Positions 1 to 9,352 of a stretch of 36,890 nucleotides of DNA are shown here, in pieces. Position 1 is the stretch's first letter; each line of letters starts with the position of its first letter. Source of the stretch: a virus (taxonomy: Duplodnaviria > Caudoviricetes); IMG/VR virus record IMGVR_UViG_3300032306_000024, positions 1 through 36,890 of that record, one strand, 5' to 3'. Under the pieces are notes generated by a model. It searched no databases, was not told where the DNA came from, and saw only the letters and a program-made list of their open reading frames with translations. Made by a program: the position numbers and the translations under genes.

Positions 1-123
1 AAAGATGATGAAGTTGGCTGAGGAATCGGATAAGGAAAACTATAGCTAATGCCTGTTTACCAGTACGAGGACACCAGAAATGGGAAAGTTGTCGAACTGG
101 AAAAGGCTGTGGCCGAAAGGGAT
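1..123. repeat. Terminal direct repeat or assembly overlap, copy 1
   Basis: Bases 1-123 are identical to 36768-36890 and fall inside coding sequence, which points to a circular assembly overlap. Confidence 0.97.
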
Positions 124-339
124 TCTGTCCCTCGTTACCTTAAGCGATTCACCGTCCCGCAAAGATTATCCCTAGTGGGGGTTGGCGAACCCCTCGACAA
201 TCCGCTTGGGGTAAATCAAACAAACTTAATGAAGGGGTACTACCGCCAGGAACAAAAGCTTGGCAGTAGATTCAAAAGCCAGTTCACGCCAGATAGCATC
301 AAACGTGCGGCTTTAAGGAGAAAAAAATATGGCGAATGA
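49..339 (+). CDS. FmdB-like small protein lacking the zinc-ribbon cysteines
   Basis: N-terminus MPVYQYED resembles the MPxYxYxC start of FmdB-family proteins but the protein has no Cys; TAATG coupling to the upstream ORF. Confidence 0.6.
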   Translation: MPVYQYEDTRNGKVVELEKAVAERDSVPRYLKRFTVPQRLSLVGVGEPLDNPLGVNQTNLMKGYYRQEQKLGSRFKSQFTPDSIKRAALRRKKYGE

Positions 340-523
340 ATTTGTAAGAAGCACGCGTAAGGCCAAGAACAAGGCTATCCGCTTTGACACTCAAGGCTTC
401 ACAAACGTAATTGAGTTCACGGCAAGCTCCAGCGGTGGCACAGTTAATACTGTTGCAACAGCCCCTGCGTCCTTGAACGTGACTCTTAACGGCACATCCT
501 ATCGGATTGCCTTGCATAGCTAA
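329..523 (+). CDS. Small hypothetical virion protein
   Basis: SD AAGGAG upstream; beta-rich C-terminus; lies downstream of the capsid gene. Confidence 0.65.
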   Translation: MANEFVRSTRKAKNKAIRFDTQGFTNVIEFTASSSGGTVNTVATAPASLNVTLNGTSYRIALHS

Positions 524-762
524 TGTCCCGCGCATTAGATAAGTTCCAAGCTCAATACGGTTTTACCGTAGGGACGCAAGGAACGGCTGATCCTGGATAC
601 TGGGCAATCCAGATGCTTGCCGATACCACGTTTAGCGCAATCAGCGGTAAGTATGACGGAACGCTGACAGGCGTAACGATTGGTTCTGGCAACATCATCT
701 ACGGCGAGTTTGACAGCTTCACGGCTGGAACTGGCCGAGTGATTGCTTACAAAGCTGGTTAA
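523..762 (+). CDS. Small beta-rich protein, putative head decoration
   Basis: TAATG coupling; Gly/Thr beta-strand pattern ending GRVIAYK; post-capsid position. Confidence 0.6.
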   Translation: MSRALDKFQAQYGFTVGTQGTADPGYWAIQMLADTTFSAISGKYDGTLTGVTIGSGNIIYGEFDSFTAGTGRVIAYKAG

Positions 763-770
763 TGATTCAA

Positions 771-813
771 GCAACCACACCGCCAAAGGTTCTATCCCTT
801 GGCGGGTGATTGC
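771..813 (+). terminator. Long intergenic stem-loop (terminator or processing site)
   Basis: GCAA-CAC-CCGCCAA-GG pairs imperfectly with CC-TTGGCGG-GTG-TTGC; only a weak U-tract follows. Confidence 0.5.
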
Positions 814-824
814 ATTGTAATTTT

Positions 825-1259
825 ATGCCAAGACTATCCCTAGGATTAGGAGTACAGACCATCCGCAAGGTTGGTGGTGGGGCTGCGCCCAGCGGGATTC
901 CTGTTGCGAGTACGGCCAGTGTTATTATTTTAGGTGCTGGCATATATATTGGTACATATACAAAGAAAATACCAGAACAAGGTTTTCCAATTAGCGGTGG
1001 ACATAACTCATACATAAAAACTGGAATTTGTTATTCGTTAGGTAATTATTTATTACTTTCACCAAATGCTCAAATATGGGATGACGAAGTCGGAGCAATA
1101 TTGGATTCTCCGTTTGGAGTATGGAAACTAATTGACCCAAGTTTTGACCTAGATTCAGATAGTTGGATTTATTCTGTTTACGCCTCGAACTCATCTGTTA
1201 ATACAAATTACATCCCAACATCTGGCTGGTCACCTTCCATCACCATCACCGCTGCTTGA
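825..1259 (+). CDS. Virion fibre or decoration protein 1 (MPRLSLGLG N-terminus)
   Basis: Start moved to ATG 825 because it matches the start of the next gene; AT-rich body. Confidence 0.7.
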   Translation: MPRLSLGLGVQTIRKVGGGAAPSGIPVASTASVIILGAGIYIGTYTKKIPEQGFPISGGHNSYIKTGICYSLGNYLLLSPNAQIWDDEVGAILDSPFGVWKLIDPSFDLDSDSWIYSVYASNSSVNTNYIPTSGWSPSITITAA

Positions 1260-1263
1260 TTTT

Positions 1264-2049
1264 ATGCCAAGACTATCTTTAGGCTTGGGCGCACAAATTA
1301 TGAGAAGAGTTTATGGTGGAGCATCATTCTCGCCAGCAAATTTATCTGGCTTATCCATGTGGCTTAAGGCAGATGCAGGCGTTACGCTTTCTGGATCAAA
1401 TGTAACAGCTTGGGCAGATCAAAGTGGAAACGGAAGAAACGCAAGCCCAGTAGATGTAAATCCTACATATAACTCTTCAGACCTAAACAGCAAACCTACA
1501 ATAAGTCTTTCATCCATAGCTGGCGAAACAAACAAATCACTTCAAATTTCTGGAAACCCAATGGGCGCATCTGGCTCTACAGCATTTGTTGTGAATTTTG
1601 TTGAAGCTGGAGTATTTTCAGTAGATGGAGAAGGCGGAGATCCGAATGGAGCCTTGCTTGGTAATTTTGGAAGTGCGGAAAATGGAAGTCATTGGCCCTA
1701 TGGAGTAGGCGTTAGCTCAGTTTATGATGCGTTTGCTACAGATACAAGAAAAGATAACCTCGGCCTGCCAACAGGAATTACAAGCTGGAACATTTATTCG
1801 GTCTACTCACAAGACAATGACTGGAAACTATTCTGCAACGGAACAGAATTTCATTCTGATGTATCAAATGTTTATTCAAACTCCATAGCAAATTCTACAA
1901 GTCTTTACATTGGAATGCAAAACAACGCTGGAACTGATCAAATATTTAAGGGAAAGGTCGCAGAAGTTGTGTTTTACAACCGAGTTCTGACAACTCAAGA
2001 ACGCCAGCAAGTAGAAGCTTATCTCAACACTAAATATGCGATTTATTAA
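1264..2049 (+). CDS. Virion protein with LamG/concanavalin A-like domain (MPRLSLGLG N-terminus)
   Basis: WLKADAG...WADQSGNG start and FKGKVAEVVFYNRVLT...VEAYLNTKY end are typical of LamG-like jelly-roll domains. Confidence 0.8.
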   Translation: MPRLSLGLGAQIMRRVYGGASFSPANLSGLSMWLKADAGVTLSGSNVTAWADQSGNGRNASPVDVNPTYNSSDLNSKPTISLSSIAGETNKSLQISGNPMGASGSTAFVVNFVEAGVFSVDGEGGDPNGALLGNFGSAENGSHWPYGVGVSSVYDAFATDTRKDNLGLPTGITSWNIYSVYSQDNDWKLFCNGTEFHSDVSNVYSNSIANSTSLYIGMQNNAGTDQIFKGKVAEVVFYNRVLTTQERQQVEAYLNTKYAIY

Positions 2050-2164
2050 CCCTATCTTAATCTGCGTTGTTTTGTCGTCATGCTCACCACGAAAACATGA
2101 TAACAATGCCCTACCATCCTACGGAGATATGAGCGCAGCCGAGGACGCTGGCAAGGTCAAATAA
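2036..2164 (+). CDS. Small lipoprotein, 42 aa, not in the ORF track
   Basis: MRFINPILICVVLSSC has a basic N-terminus, hydrophobic core and lipobox LSSC; it fills the gap between neighbours. Confidence 0.65.
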   Translation: MRFINPILICVVLSSCSPRKHDNNALPSYGDMSAAEDAGKVK

Positions 2165-2172
2165 GGCTCATT

Positions 2173-2403
2173 ATGGGGACAGATGATCAAATTGGCGACT
2201 TGCGGGAGAGGCTTGCAAGGATGGAGGAGAGGCAACTATCTCTGTATAAAATGGTTGAAACCAGCTTGTCAAACTACGCAGATGTGGTAAATAGAATCTC
2301 TTCTCTGGAACATCTTCGGACGAAGGCTCTGGCTATTGCGGGTGTTGTTGGTCTAATATGCTCAATGGCCTGGGATGTACTTAAAAATCGCTTTAACAGC
2401 TAG
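2173..2403 (+). CDS. Coiled-coil protein with C-terminal TM helix (XhlA-like or holin-like)
   Basis: Heptad-rich N-terminus followed by ALAIAGVVGLICSMAW hydrophobic helix. Confidence 0.6.
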   Translation: MGTDDQIGDLRERLARMEERQLSLYKMVETSLSNYADVVNRISSLEHLRTKALAIAGVVGLICSMAWDVLKNRFNS

Positions 2404-2414
2404 GAGACAATACA

Positions 2415-3722
2415 ATGGCAAATTTCACAGCAGGAACCTCTTTCTCGGATGGCGTTACCAATGATGTAACGGCTGCCAAGCTTAATGCATTGGTGGCAGA
2501 TGCTGTTCCTACATCAAATCTTGCCTTGACCAGCACCAACGGCACGATTGCCAATTTCACGTCCAGCACAGCCAACATTACGCTTGGCACGATTCCCACG
2601 CTGACGGCTGGAACGACTACTGGAACGGCTGGTATATTTACGTCTGGAACGATTACAACTGCTCTTATTCCAACTGGAACATTTGGGACAACCACATCGA
2701 CTGCCGCTACGATTACAACTGGCACGATCCCAACCCTTACAACTGGAACAACCACTTCAACAAATCAAGTTGTTACGAATGGCACAATCACAAATCTTTC
2801 CGCAACCACATCAACATTCCTTGGAACGATTACTGGATCTACAAATGTAATTAACATTGGAAGTGGGCAGATTTATAAAGATGCGAGTGGGAATGTTGGA
2901 ATTGGGACGGCAAGCCCAACAGTAAAACTAAATGTTAGTGGAGGAGCGACATCCTCAATAAGAAACGACTCAACTGGAACAACAATAAACGAATACTCTC
3001 AAAGCATAAATTATGCTGGGAATGGGGCATATTACGCTCAAACTGTGGCTTACGGGAACGGATTTTGTAAAACAGAGGCAGCCCCAGCAACAAATCAATT
3101 GTATCAAATTTTAACTGCTTCCTCTTCCGCAATTGCATTTGCTACGAATAGCATAGAAAGAATGCGTATTGGTGCAACTGGGGATGTTACAATTGGAGAT
3201 AGTAATATAAGCTTAACAGCAGGAATAGGTGCAAAGTTTATTGCAAGTTCGACAATCCCATCAATGGGATTTGTAGCAGATACGGCAGGCGCGGCTACTC
3301 AATATCATTATTATAATGTCAATGCAACAAACAACGGCTTCAGATTTTATGTTAATTCTAATGGGGGGATTTCTAATTTCTCAGCAAATAACGTAAATCT
3401 TTCCGACGAAAGACTCAAGACAAACATAGGTATCGCTGGGAACTATCTTGACAAGATTTGCTCCATACCAGTTAAAACATTCAATTACAAGGATCAAGGT
3501 GAAGATACCGAAAAAACAATTGGCGTGCTTGCCCAAGAAGTTGAGGCGCATATTCCAGAGCTAATCAATAACGATGGATTTGGTGAAACGCCAGCAGACG
3601 GAATTCCTCTAAAGACAATCTATCAAACTGATCTTCAATATGTATTGATGCGTTGTATTCAAGAACTAAAATCAGAAAACACATCTCTAAAGTCACGCAT
3701 TGAAGCACTAGAAGCAAAATGA
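2415..3722 (+). CDS. Tail fibre with C-terminal peptidase S74 intramolecular chaperone domain
   Basis: SD GGAG; Thr-rich pentad repeats; GNVGIGT and ERMRI motifs; SDERLKTNI...GVLAQEV; terminal coiled coil. Confidence 0.88.
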   Translation: MANFTAGTSFSDGVTNDVTAAKLNALVADAVPTSNLALTSTNGTIANFTSSTANITLGTIPTLTAGTTTGTAGIFTSGTITTALIPTGTFGTTTSTAATITTGTIPTLTTGTTTSTNQVVTNGTITNLSATTSTFLGTITGSTNVINIGSGQIYKDASGNVGIGTASPTVKLNVSGGATSSIRNDSTGTTINEYSQSINYAGNGAYYAQTVAYGNGFCKTEAAPATNQLYQILTASSSAIAFATNSIERMRIGATGDVTIGDSNISLTAGIGAKFIASSTIPSMGFVADTAGAATQYHYYNVNATNNGFRFYVNSNGGISNFSANNVNLSDERLKTNIGIAGNYLDKICSIPVKTFNYKDQGEDTEKTIGVLAQEVEAHIPELINNDGFGETPADGIPLKTIYQTDLQYVLMRCIQELKSENTSLKSRIEALEAK

Positions 3723-4417
3723 CCCTAACTGAAATCGCTCAGTACGCTGGCGAGAAGGTTGGCAAAACCGACTCGGATACGATTACATTCTTGCAGAAAG
3801 CAGCAAGCTTGGCCTATCGCCGAGTATGGGACTTTGCGCCTTGGCGTGAGACTGTTACCAACTCCACCTATTCGGTCGGAACAAACAGACAGATCACGCT
3901 AGGCACGAATGTAGAAACTCCTCTTTCCATTGCTTACAATGATGCCGAGGTTGATCCGATTGACTTGGCAACAATCATTAGCCAAGACCCAGGATTGCTT
4001 TCTGATGACCGCACTGGCGATCCAGATACTTACCATTTCACAGGTCGCAATACTAGCGGTGTTGCACAACTTAACCTTTACCCAAGGCTTGCCACGTCTG
4101 GCACGATTCCTTTGCGTGTTGTGGAGAAGCTGAAATGTCTTACTAGGACAAACTACATCGTTGACTTTCCTCCTTCCACAGACGCTCTTGGTGACGAACT
4201 TCGCTTGCCCCACGTTCATCATTTGGTTCTTGCTTTGACTCACGCAGATGCACTAGAGCGTGAACGGCAGTATGCCAAGGCGCAGGCCATTACGCAGGGA
4301 GCAAACTCTGATCTTGCAGCTATGGCTAACTATGAGTTGAGCCAGGTTGGAGGGATTAAGCAGATCACACCACAGAGCCTTGGCGAACTTACAATAGAAG
4401 AAATGTTCTCAGCTTAA
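3719..4417 (+). CDS. Head-tail adaptor (tail tubular protein A-like)
   Basis: MTLTEI start, WDFAPW and LNLYP motifs, size and position before the nozzle gene. Confidence 0.7.
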   Translation: MTLTEIAQYAGEKVGKTDSDTITFLQKAASLAYRRVWDFAPWRETVTNSTYSVGTNRQITLGTNVETPLSIAYNDAEVDPIDLATIISQDPGLLSDDRTGDPDTYHFTGRNTSGVAQLNLYPRLATSGTIPLRVVEKLKCLTRTNYIVDFPPSTDALGDELRLPHVHHLVLALTHADALERERQYAKAQAITQGANSDLAAMANYELSQVGGIKQITPQSLGELTIEEMFSA

Positions 4418-4432
4418 CGGAGGCATAAAATC

Positions 4433-6268
4433 GTGCCTTATTATTCTGATAATTTGGACGACCTGCTTGCCATAGCAGGATCGCAAAGTTTTGAGGGTGG
4501 GCAGGTTTCTGGGATCAATCCAAACCTTATTTCTGACAATCAAGCCAGCGAGATTGTCAACATGACCATCAGCCCAAGCGGAAACCTTGAATCCCGCCTT
4601 GGGATTGAGCAGATGTCTGCCAATTTGTCGGCAGGCTCAACAGTGCAAGGGATGCACTATTTTGATTCGCCATCAATTGAGTCTTTGTTTGTAGCTTCCA
4701 ACGGAACAGTCTTTCGATCTACTGCTTCATCCACCTTTTCCACTACTGGCGGGACTGTGATTAACCAGAGTGCTGAGGTTGACTTCTCTCAGTTTAACAA
4801 CCGAATGTATTTTACCGATGGAAGTAGCAACCTTCATTTCTCAAATGGCACAACAACGTATCGGCAAGGCACAACACTAGGATCAGTATCAGTTACATAT
4901 CCAGGCGTTGGATATACATCAGCACCAGCAGTAACAGTGGCTGCTCCACAAATGGCTTATGGCACAACGGCATCAGCAGTTGCATCTTATGCTGCATCAC
5001 AAGGAGGAATCGTTACTGGAGTAACAGTTACCAATGGTGGTTCTGGATATACATCTGCACCAACCATAACTATAGCACCACCATCATCTGGAACGGCAGC
5101 CACAGCAAATGGAGTCCTGTCAACTTCTTCAGCCCCATCTGGTCTTCGCCTAATTCGCCAGTTTACTAATCGCTTGTTTGCTATTGGAACTGGAGATAAT
5201 CGCAACACGCTTTACGCATCCGACATTCTTGATGCAGAGATTTGGAAGGCAACCAACAGCATCATTGTTGGCGGTGATGATGGAGAGGACATTGTAGCCA
5301 TCCAGCCTTTCTACGATTACGAAATACTTGTTTTCAAGCCAAATAAGATTTACTTGGTAACGGCTGATCCTACAGCAACAACTGCGGCTGGCTGGACGGT
5401 ACGACTACTGAACGATAGAATTGGATGCGCATCTGGCAGGTCTGTCAACTTCGTAAACAAAGACGTATTCTTTCTTGCTAATGACGGAATTAGGTCTGTG
5501 GCTAGGTCTATTGCAGATGACTTCTATATTGTAGGAACGCCAATTAGCGAGCCTGTCAAGAATATCATTGCAAGAATTAACAAGAACTATGTCACGCTTT
5601 GTAACGCTGCTTTTTACAACAATAGGTACTTTCTGGCAATCCCGCTAGATACAGCAACCACGCCAAATTATATTTTGGTTTATAATGCTTTATTTAATGC
5701 ATTTGAAGGTTTATGGAGCATTGCTGCGGCAAAAATGGTGATTACAAACTTCTCAACTGGATTTACAACCAATGGGTTAAAACTTGCATTCGGAAGTCCA
5801 ACAAGCAGAGTTGGTCATTATCTTGGATATAAGGATGCGGATAGTGCAGATGCGACAACGGACTATGTGGATTATGCTTCTACTGGAAGCTATACAAGCT
5901 CGATAGCGTCCAAGGCTTACGAGTTTGATGATCGCATAGCTCAGAAGTTTGGGTCGCACTATGAGATTGAATTTTATAACTCTGGATCAACCAACGCCAG
6001 CATCAGCATGAGGAGGGATACGGATGGAACGACGGTAGGAATAGCCTCAAATGTTGACACACGCTCTGCTGGTGGAATTACCCTCCCATTCACCCTGCCA
6101 GCCACGCTATCCGCACAAACTGTAAAGCGCATTGCTAACAGCCTGCGCTCCTACCAGAAGTGGCGCAATATGCGTATGATCGTTTCCGCACCATCCAAGA
6201 AGCTTTCTATTCGAGGAATATTGCTTGCAGCCAACCCCGATACCATTGAGGTGCAAAAGAACGTATGA
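4433..6268 (+). CDS. Tail nozzle or stabilisation protein (tail tubular protein B-like)
   Basis: 611 aa beta-propeller-like pattern (NRLF, ILVFK, IGC, VFFLANDGI); SD GGAGG before GTG start. Confidence 0.75.
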   Translation: MPYYSDNLDDLLAIAGSQSFEGGQVSGINPNLISDNQASEIVNMTISPSGNLESRLGIEQMSANLSAGSTVQGMHYFDSPSIESLFVASNGTVFRSTASSTFSTTGGTVINQSAEVDFSQFNNRMYFTDGSSNLHFSNGTTTYRQGTTLGSVSVTYPGVGYTSAPAVTVAAPQMAYGTTASAVASYAASQGGIVTGVTVTNGGSGYTSAPTITIAPPSSGTAATANGVLSTSSAPSGLRLIRQFTNRLFAIGTGDNRNTLYASDILDAEIWKATNSIIVGGDDGEDIVAIQPFYDYEILVFKPNKIYLVTADPTATTAAGWTVRLLNDRIGCASGRSVNFVNKDVFFLANDGIRSVARSIADDFYIVGTPISEPVKNIIARINKNYVTLCNAAFYNNRYFLAIPLDTATTPNYILVYNALFNAFEGLWSIAAAKMVITNFSTGFTTNGLKLAFGSPTSRVGHYLGYKDADSADATTDYVDYASTGSYTSSIASKAYEFDDRIAQKFGSHYEIEFYNSGSTNASISMRRDTDGTTVGIASNVDTRSAGGITLPFTLPATLSAQTVKRIANSLRSYQKWRNMRMIVSAPSKKLSIRGILLAANPDTIEVQKNV

Positions 6269-6633
6269 CGGCTGTGGAGTATATTGAGCAAAGCGGTGTT
6301 CCAGAGGCTATGTGGCCTAACCTGGCTGAGTGGTTTGGCTGGTTTGAGAAGCAAGGGATGGTTGGCATTGTTGAGGATAAGGATGGGATTGCTGGAGTGG
6401 CTTTGGCCAGGTGCGTAAAGGATGGGCAAGAGCCTAACCATTATGTGCATAGCGAGGATGGAGAGAATGTCTTTGTTGATTTGACTATCTCCTCAAAAGG
6501 TGCTAAATCCTTACGATGCTTGCTGTTGCTCCTTTGGGAGCGTTTTGGTCCTCGCAAGCGGATCACTTTTAATCGTTCTGGCAAACCAAGGAGTTATGAC
6601 TATATGACATTTATGCGAAAGGCTAGAGTTTAA
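6265..6633 (+). CDS. Hypothetical protein, possibly GNAT-like, at the T7 gp13-like position
   Basis: ATGA coupling; lies between nozzle and ejection genes. Confidence 0.5.
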   Translation: MTAVEYIEQSGVPEAMWPNLAEWFGWFEKQGMVGIVEDKDGIAGVALARCVKDGQEPNHYVHSEDGENVFVDLTISSKGAKSLRCLLLLLWERFGPRKRITFNRSGKPRSYDYMTFMRKARV

Positions 6634-6634
6634 T

Positions 6635-7111
6635 ATGGGTGGAGGACCTTCAATTCCTGCACCTCCTCCTCCGCCCGATCCAGCGGCGGTAGCGCAGGCC
6701 AATGCAGATGCATATAAGAAGAACATTGAAACTTATATTGAAAAAGCACCAGAGATGGCAGACCTTGAGAATAAGCTTCGTGTCCAATATATGCCACAAC
6801 AGCGTGCTTTAGAACGTCAATTGTCGGCATTAGACCAACAGGCAGGCGTGCAGGCTGGCCTACAGCTAGAACGCCAATACGGACCACAGCGCACCCTAGA
6901 GTCGCTTCGTAGGCAATATGAGACTAGCCCACAAGCGTATGCGTTAAACCGAGGATTGGGCGAGCAAATGACAAGACAGTTTGGACGGCTTTATGGAACA
7001 AGCCCATACGCATCAGTAGAGGAAAATGTTGCCACAAATACCCAGCCAGGGCCATTTGATTTCTATGGTACGATTGGGACAAACATTGGAAACCCAACAC
7101 TAAAAGCTTAA
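6635..7111 (+). CDS. Putative internal virion (ejection) protein with N-terminal polyproline
   Basis: MGGGPSIPAPPPPPDP start; Gln/Ala-rich helical body; position. Confidence 0.65.
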   Translation: MGGGPSIPAPPPPPDPAAVAQANADAYKKNIETYIEKAPEMADLENKLRVQYMPQQRALERQLSALDQQAGVQAGLQLERQYGPQRTLESLRRQYETSPQAYALNRGLGEQMTRQFGRLYGTSPYASVEENVATNTQPGPFDFYGTIGTNIGNPTLKA

Positions 7112-7112
7112 T

Positions 7113-8609
7113 ATGGCAGACTATATTGTAGGAAGAGATCCGAATGCCGCTAAAGGCGTTCCAGTTAGCCCATACAGATTTATCAATGAATATAGTGTAG
7201 ATGCTGATGGCAATATAACTCCAAAGAGAATAGAGATTTCAATTCGTGGTGGAGGATCAAAATCAACTGTTGAGGATTATGATGCTGTCGCAAATAGATT
7301 TGAAGCAGAAAATCTTGCAAAAGCAGAGGCTAAATCAAGGAAAATTATTGATGCTGCTGGCAAGGAGAAAATAGAGAGAGAAAGAAACTCCCTTGCAGAG
7401 AAAATTAGGGGCTTAACGTCTGAAACCGTTGGGACTGGAATTAGCAAGGACCTAGAGAGACTATCTGCGGCCAGAAACTACGGAGTATCTGATCTCGGTA
7501 CTAAATTAAACTTTCAAGTATCCGATCAGCAGATTGTTGATGACTACAACACATCAAAGCTTTTGGGAATCAATAGCATAATTGATCGGGGCAATACTCA
7601 AATTGCTGGCATCAATGAACGCCTTAAATCTGCCAGAGACATTCTTTCTCAACTTCCAGCCGATTCTTCTCAAAGGAAGTCTTCCGAGAAGTTGGTTGAG
7701 CAACTTAACAATGACTTAAACAGTGTGACAAGCGCGGTAACTGGCGCACAGAAAATGAAAACTGATTTCAAGCCTATCACAGTTGATGCTCCAGAAGGCT
7801 TAAAAGAAATAACATCTTTCAGAAACTTTGCTACTTTACCAGAAGAACGAGCTTCACAACAGCTTTACCAAATTGATCCAGATTCTTACCGCACTTCAGT
7901 TGCTCTTGGTCAGCAGTATCGCGAGATGGCTACTGCTCCTGTCGGAGAAACTAAGTCAGCCCAAGCCGAACAACTCCGTAGCAGCCTAGAACAAGAGGCG
8001 ATCAATCAGCTTGCCCTTGGTTCGCAGTTGGGTGCAGAGGAGCAGAGGCAATATCAGCAGGCTGCTAGGGCAGCACAGACAGCGCGAGGTAACATCTTTG
8101 GCGTTGCTCCTGCGGTAGAGGAAGCAGTCACAACTGGTCTTGCTGGCGAACAGCGCAAGCTGGCACGCTATGGTGCGGCACAGCAGTTCCTCGCTTCTGG
8201 ACAAAACACATCTGATGCGTTGAAGGCTGACATAGCCTTCCGCGATGCGTTATTGCAGAACCGCCTTGGCGCAGCCTCTGGATTTGTTGCTGGTGGTCCA
8301 TCCATCTACAACCTTTCTCAAGCTAGAACAGCCCAGCAACAGAACGCAATGCAGAATTACGTTCAGGCAAATCAAGCATTGCCTGGTGGGTTTAATCAAC
8401 AGCCGTCTACATATCAGCCGTTTTACCAAGCGGTGGATCAAGGCATTCCTGTTAACCTTACCAATACCTTTGCGAACCTCTACGGATCGCAGGCGAATTA
8501 CTTGGCTAATACTTATGGCGCGCAGGTTGGGGCGATTTCTAGGCAGCCGAGTGGGGCTGAACAATTTGGTCAGATTGCTACTGGCCTTGGCAACTTAATC
8601 AAGATATAA
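7113..8609 (+). CDS. Putative internal virion (ejection) protein
   Basis: Gln/Ala/Gly-rich helical protein in the post-nozzle block. Confidence 0.65.
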   Translation: MADYIVGRDPNAAKGVPVSPYRFINEYSVDADGNITPKRIEISIRGGGSKSTVEDYDAVANRFEAENLAKAEAKSRKIIDAAGKEKIERERNSLAEKIRGLTSETVGTGISKDLERLSAARNYGVSDLGTKLNFQVSDQQIVDDYNTSKLLGINSIIDRGNTQIAGINERLKSARDILSQLPADSSQRKSSEKLVEQLNNDLNSVTSAVTGAQKMKTDFKPITVDAPEGLKEITSFRNFATLPEERASQQLYQIDPDSYRTSVALGQQYREMATAPVGETKSAQAEQLRSSLEQEAINQLALGSQLGAEEQRQYQQAARAAQTARGNIFGVAPAVEEAVTTGLAGEQRKLARYGAAQQFLASGQNTSDALKADIAFRDALLQNRLGAASGFVAGGPSIYNLSQARTAQQQNAMQNYVQANQALPGGFNQQPSTYQPFYQAVDQGIPVNLTNTFANLYGSQANYLANTYGAQVGAISRQPSGAEQFGQIATGLGNLIKI

Positions 8610-8617
8610 GGAGATTT

Positions 8618-9349
8618 ATGGCAGTATTAGATGTACCAGAATTGATGAATATGTTTCGCCAAGACGAATTGCAAAAGCAAGCCGTAGCTGAAGCGCAGAG
8701 AAAGCAAGCCCTCGAAGAGCGTGCAATGGCTCTAAAAGAACAGCCAGACGTTGACTTTACATTTGAGAAGGGCGGGCTGAAGGTTAAGGGAAAGCTAAAG
8801 GATCTTCCTACTTTAAGCCAAGATCCAGCGTTTGCTCCGTATCTTTCTGGAATCGGACAAACAATCAGCAACGAGCAGAGCCTTCAAAATGAAGACATTG
8901 AAACCCAGCGTGCTGAATTAAGCGATAGGCTAAAAGACCTACAGAAGAAGCGCGTAAAACAAGAGATTGAAATGGCAAAGGGCGATAGGCGCACATTTGC
9001 TATGGAGGCTGGGCTTGGATTGATTGGGGCAAAGCCACGCGCTGATGTCCTAAAAGACATCGAGGCTGAAGCTGGTGTATACAGAAGCAAGCTTGCCGAA
9101 CTTGGCTTTAACAGGCAAGCAGGTCAGATGGAAACGAATGTTCCAGATTATCAATCTGAAGCAATGCCGTTACAATCCACACCGCAAGCAGCACCACAAG
9201 TTGCTCCAGAGACTACAGCGCAAGCACCAGCACAACAAGAAGCACCAAGGAACTTTAAGAGTCTTCAAGAAGCAAGAGCAGCAGGCGTAAAGCCTGGGCA
9301 ACTTATTTATATCAACGGAAAACCAGGTAGACTGCAAGCGAGGCAGTAA
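8618..9349 (+). CDS. Putative internal virion protein
   Basis: SD AAGGAG; coiled coil; C-terminal GVKPGQLIYINGK. Confidence 0.6.
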   Translation: MAVLDVPELMNMFRQDELQKQAVAEAQRKQALEERAMALKEQPDVDFTFEKGGLKVKGKLKDLPTLSQDPAFAPYLSGIGQTISNEQSLQNEDIETQRAELSDRLKDLQKKRVKQEIEMAKGDRRTFAMEAGLGLIGAKPRADVLKDIEAEAGVYRSKLAELGFNRQAGQMETNVPDYQSEAMPLQSTPQAAPQVAPETTAQAPAQQEAPRNFKSLQEARAAGVKPGQLIYINGKPGRLQARQ

Positions 9350-9352
9350 GCA

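Noticed and set aside
1-123. 123-bp terminal repeat as a biological direct terminal repeat
   Set aside because: It starts and ends inside coding sequence of the head operon, so it is more likely an assembler overlap of a circular or permuted genome
2393-2755. Val/Pro-rich antisense ORF
   Set aside because: It is the mirror image of the Thr/Gly codons of the tail fibre repeats
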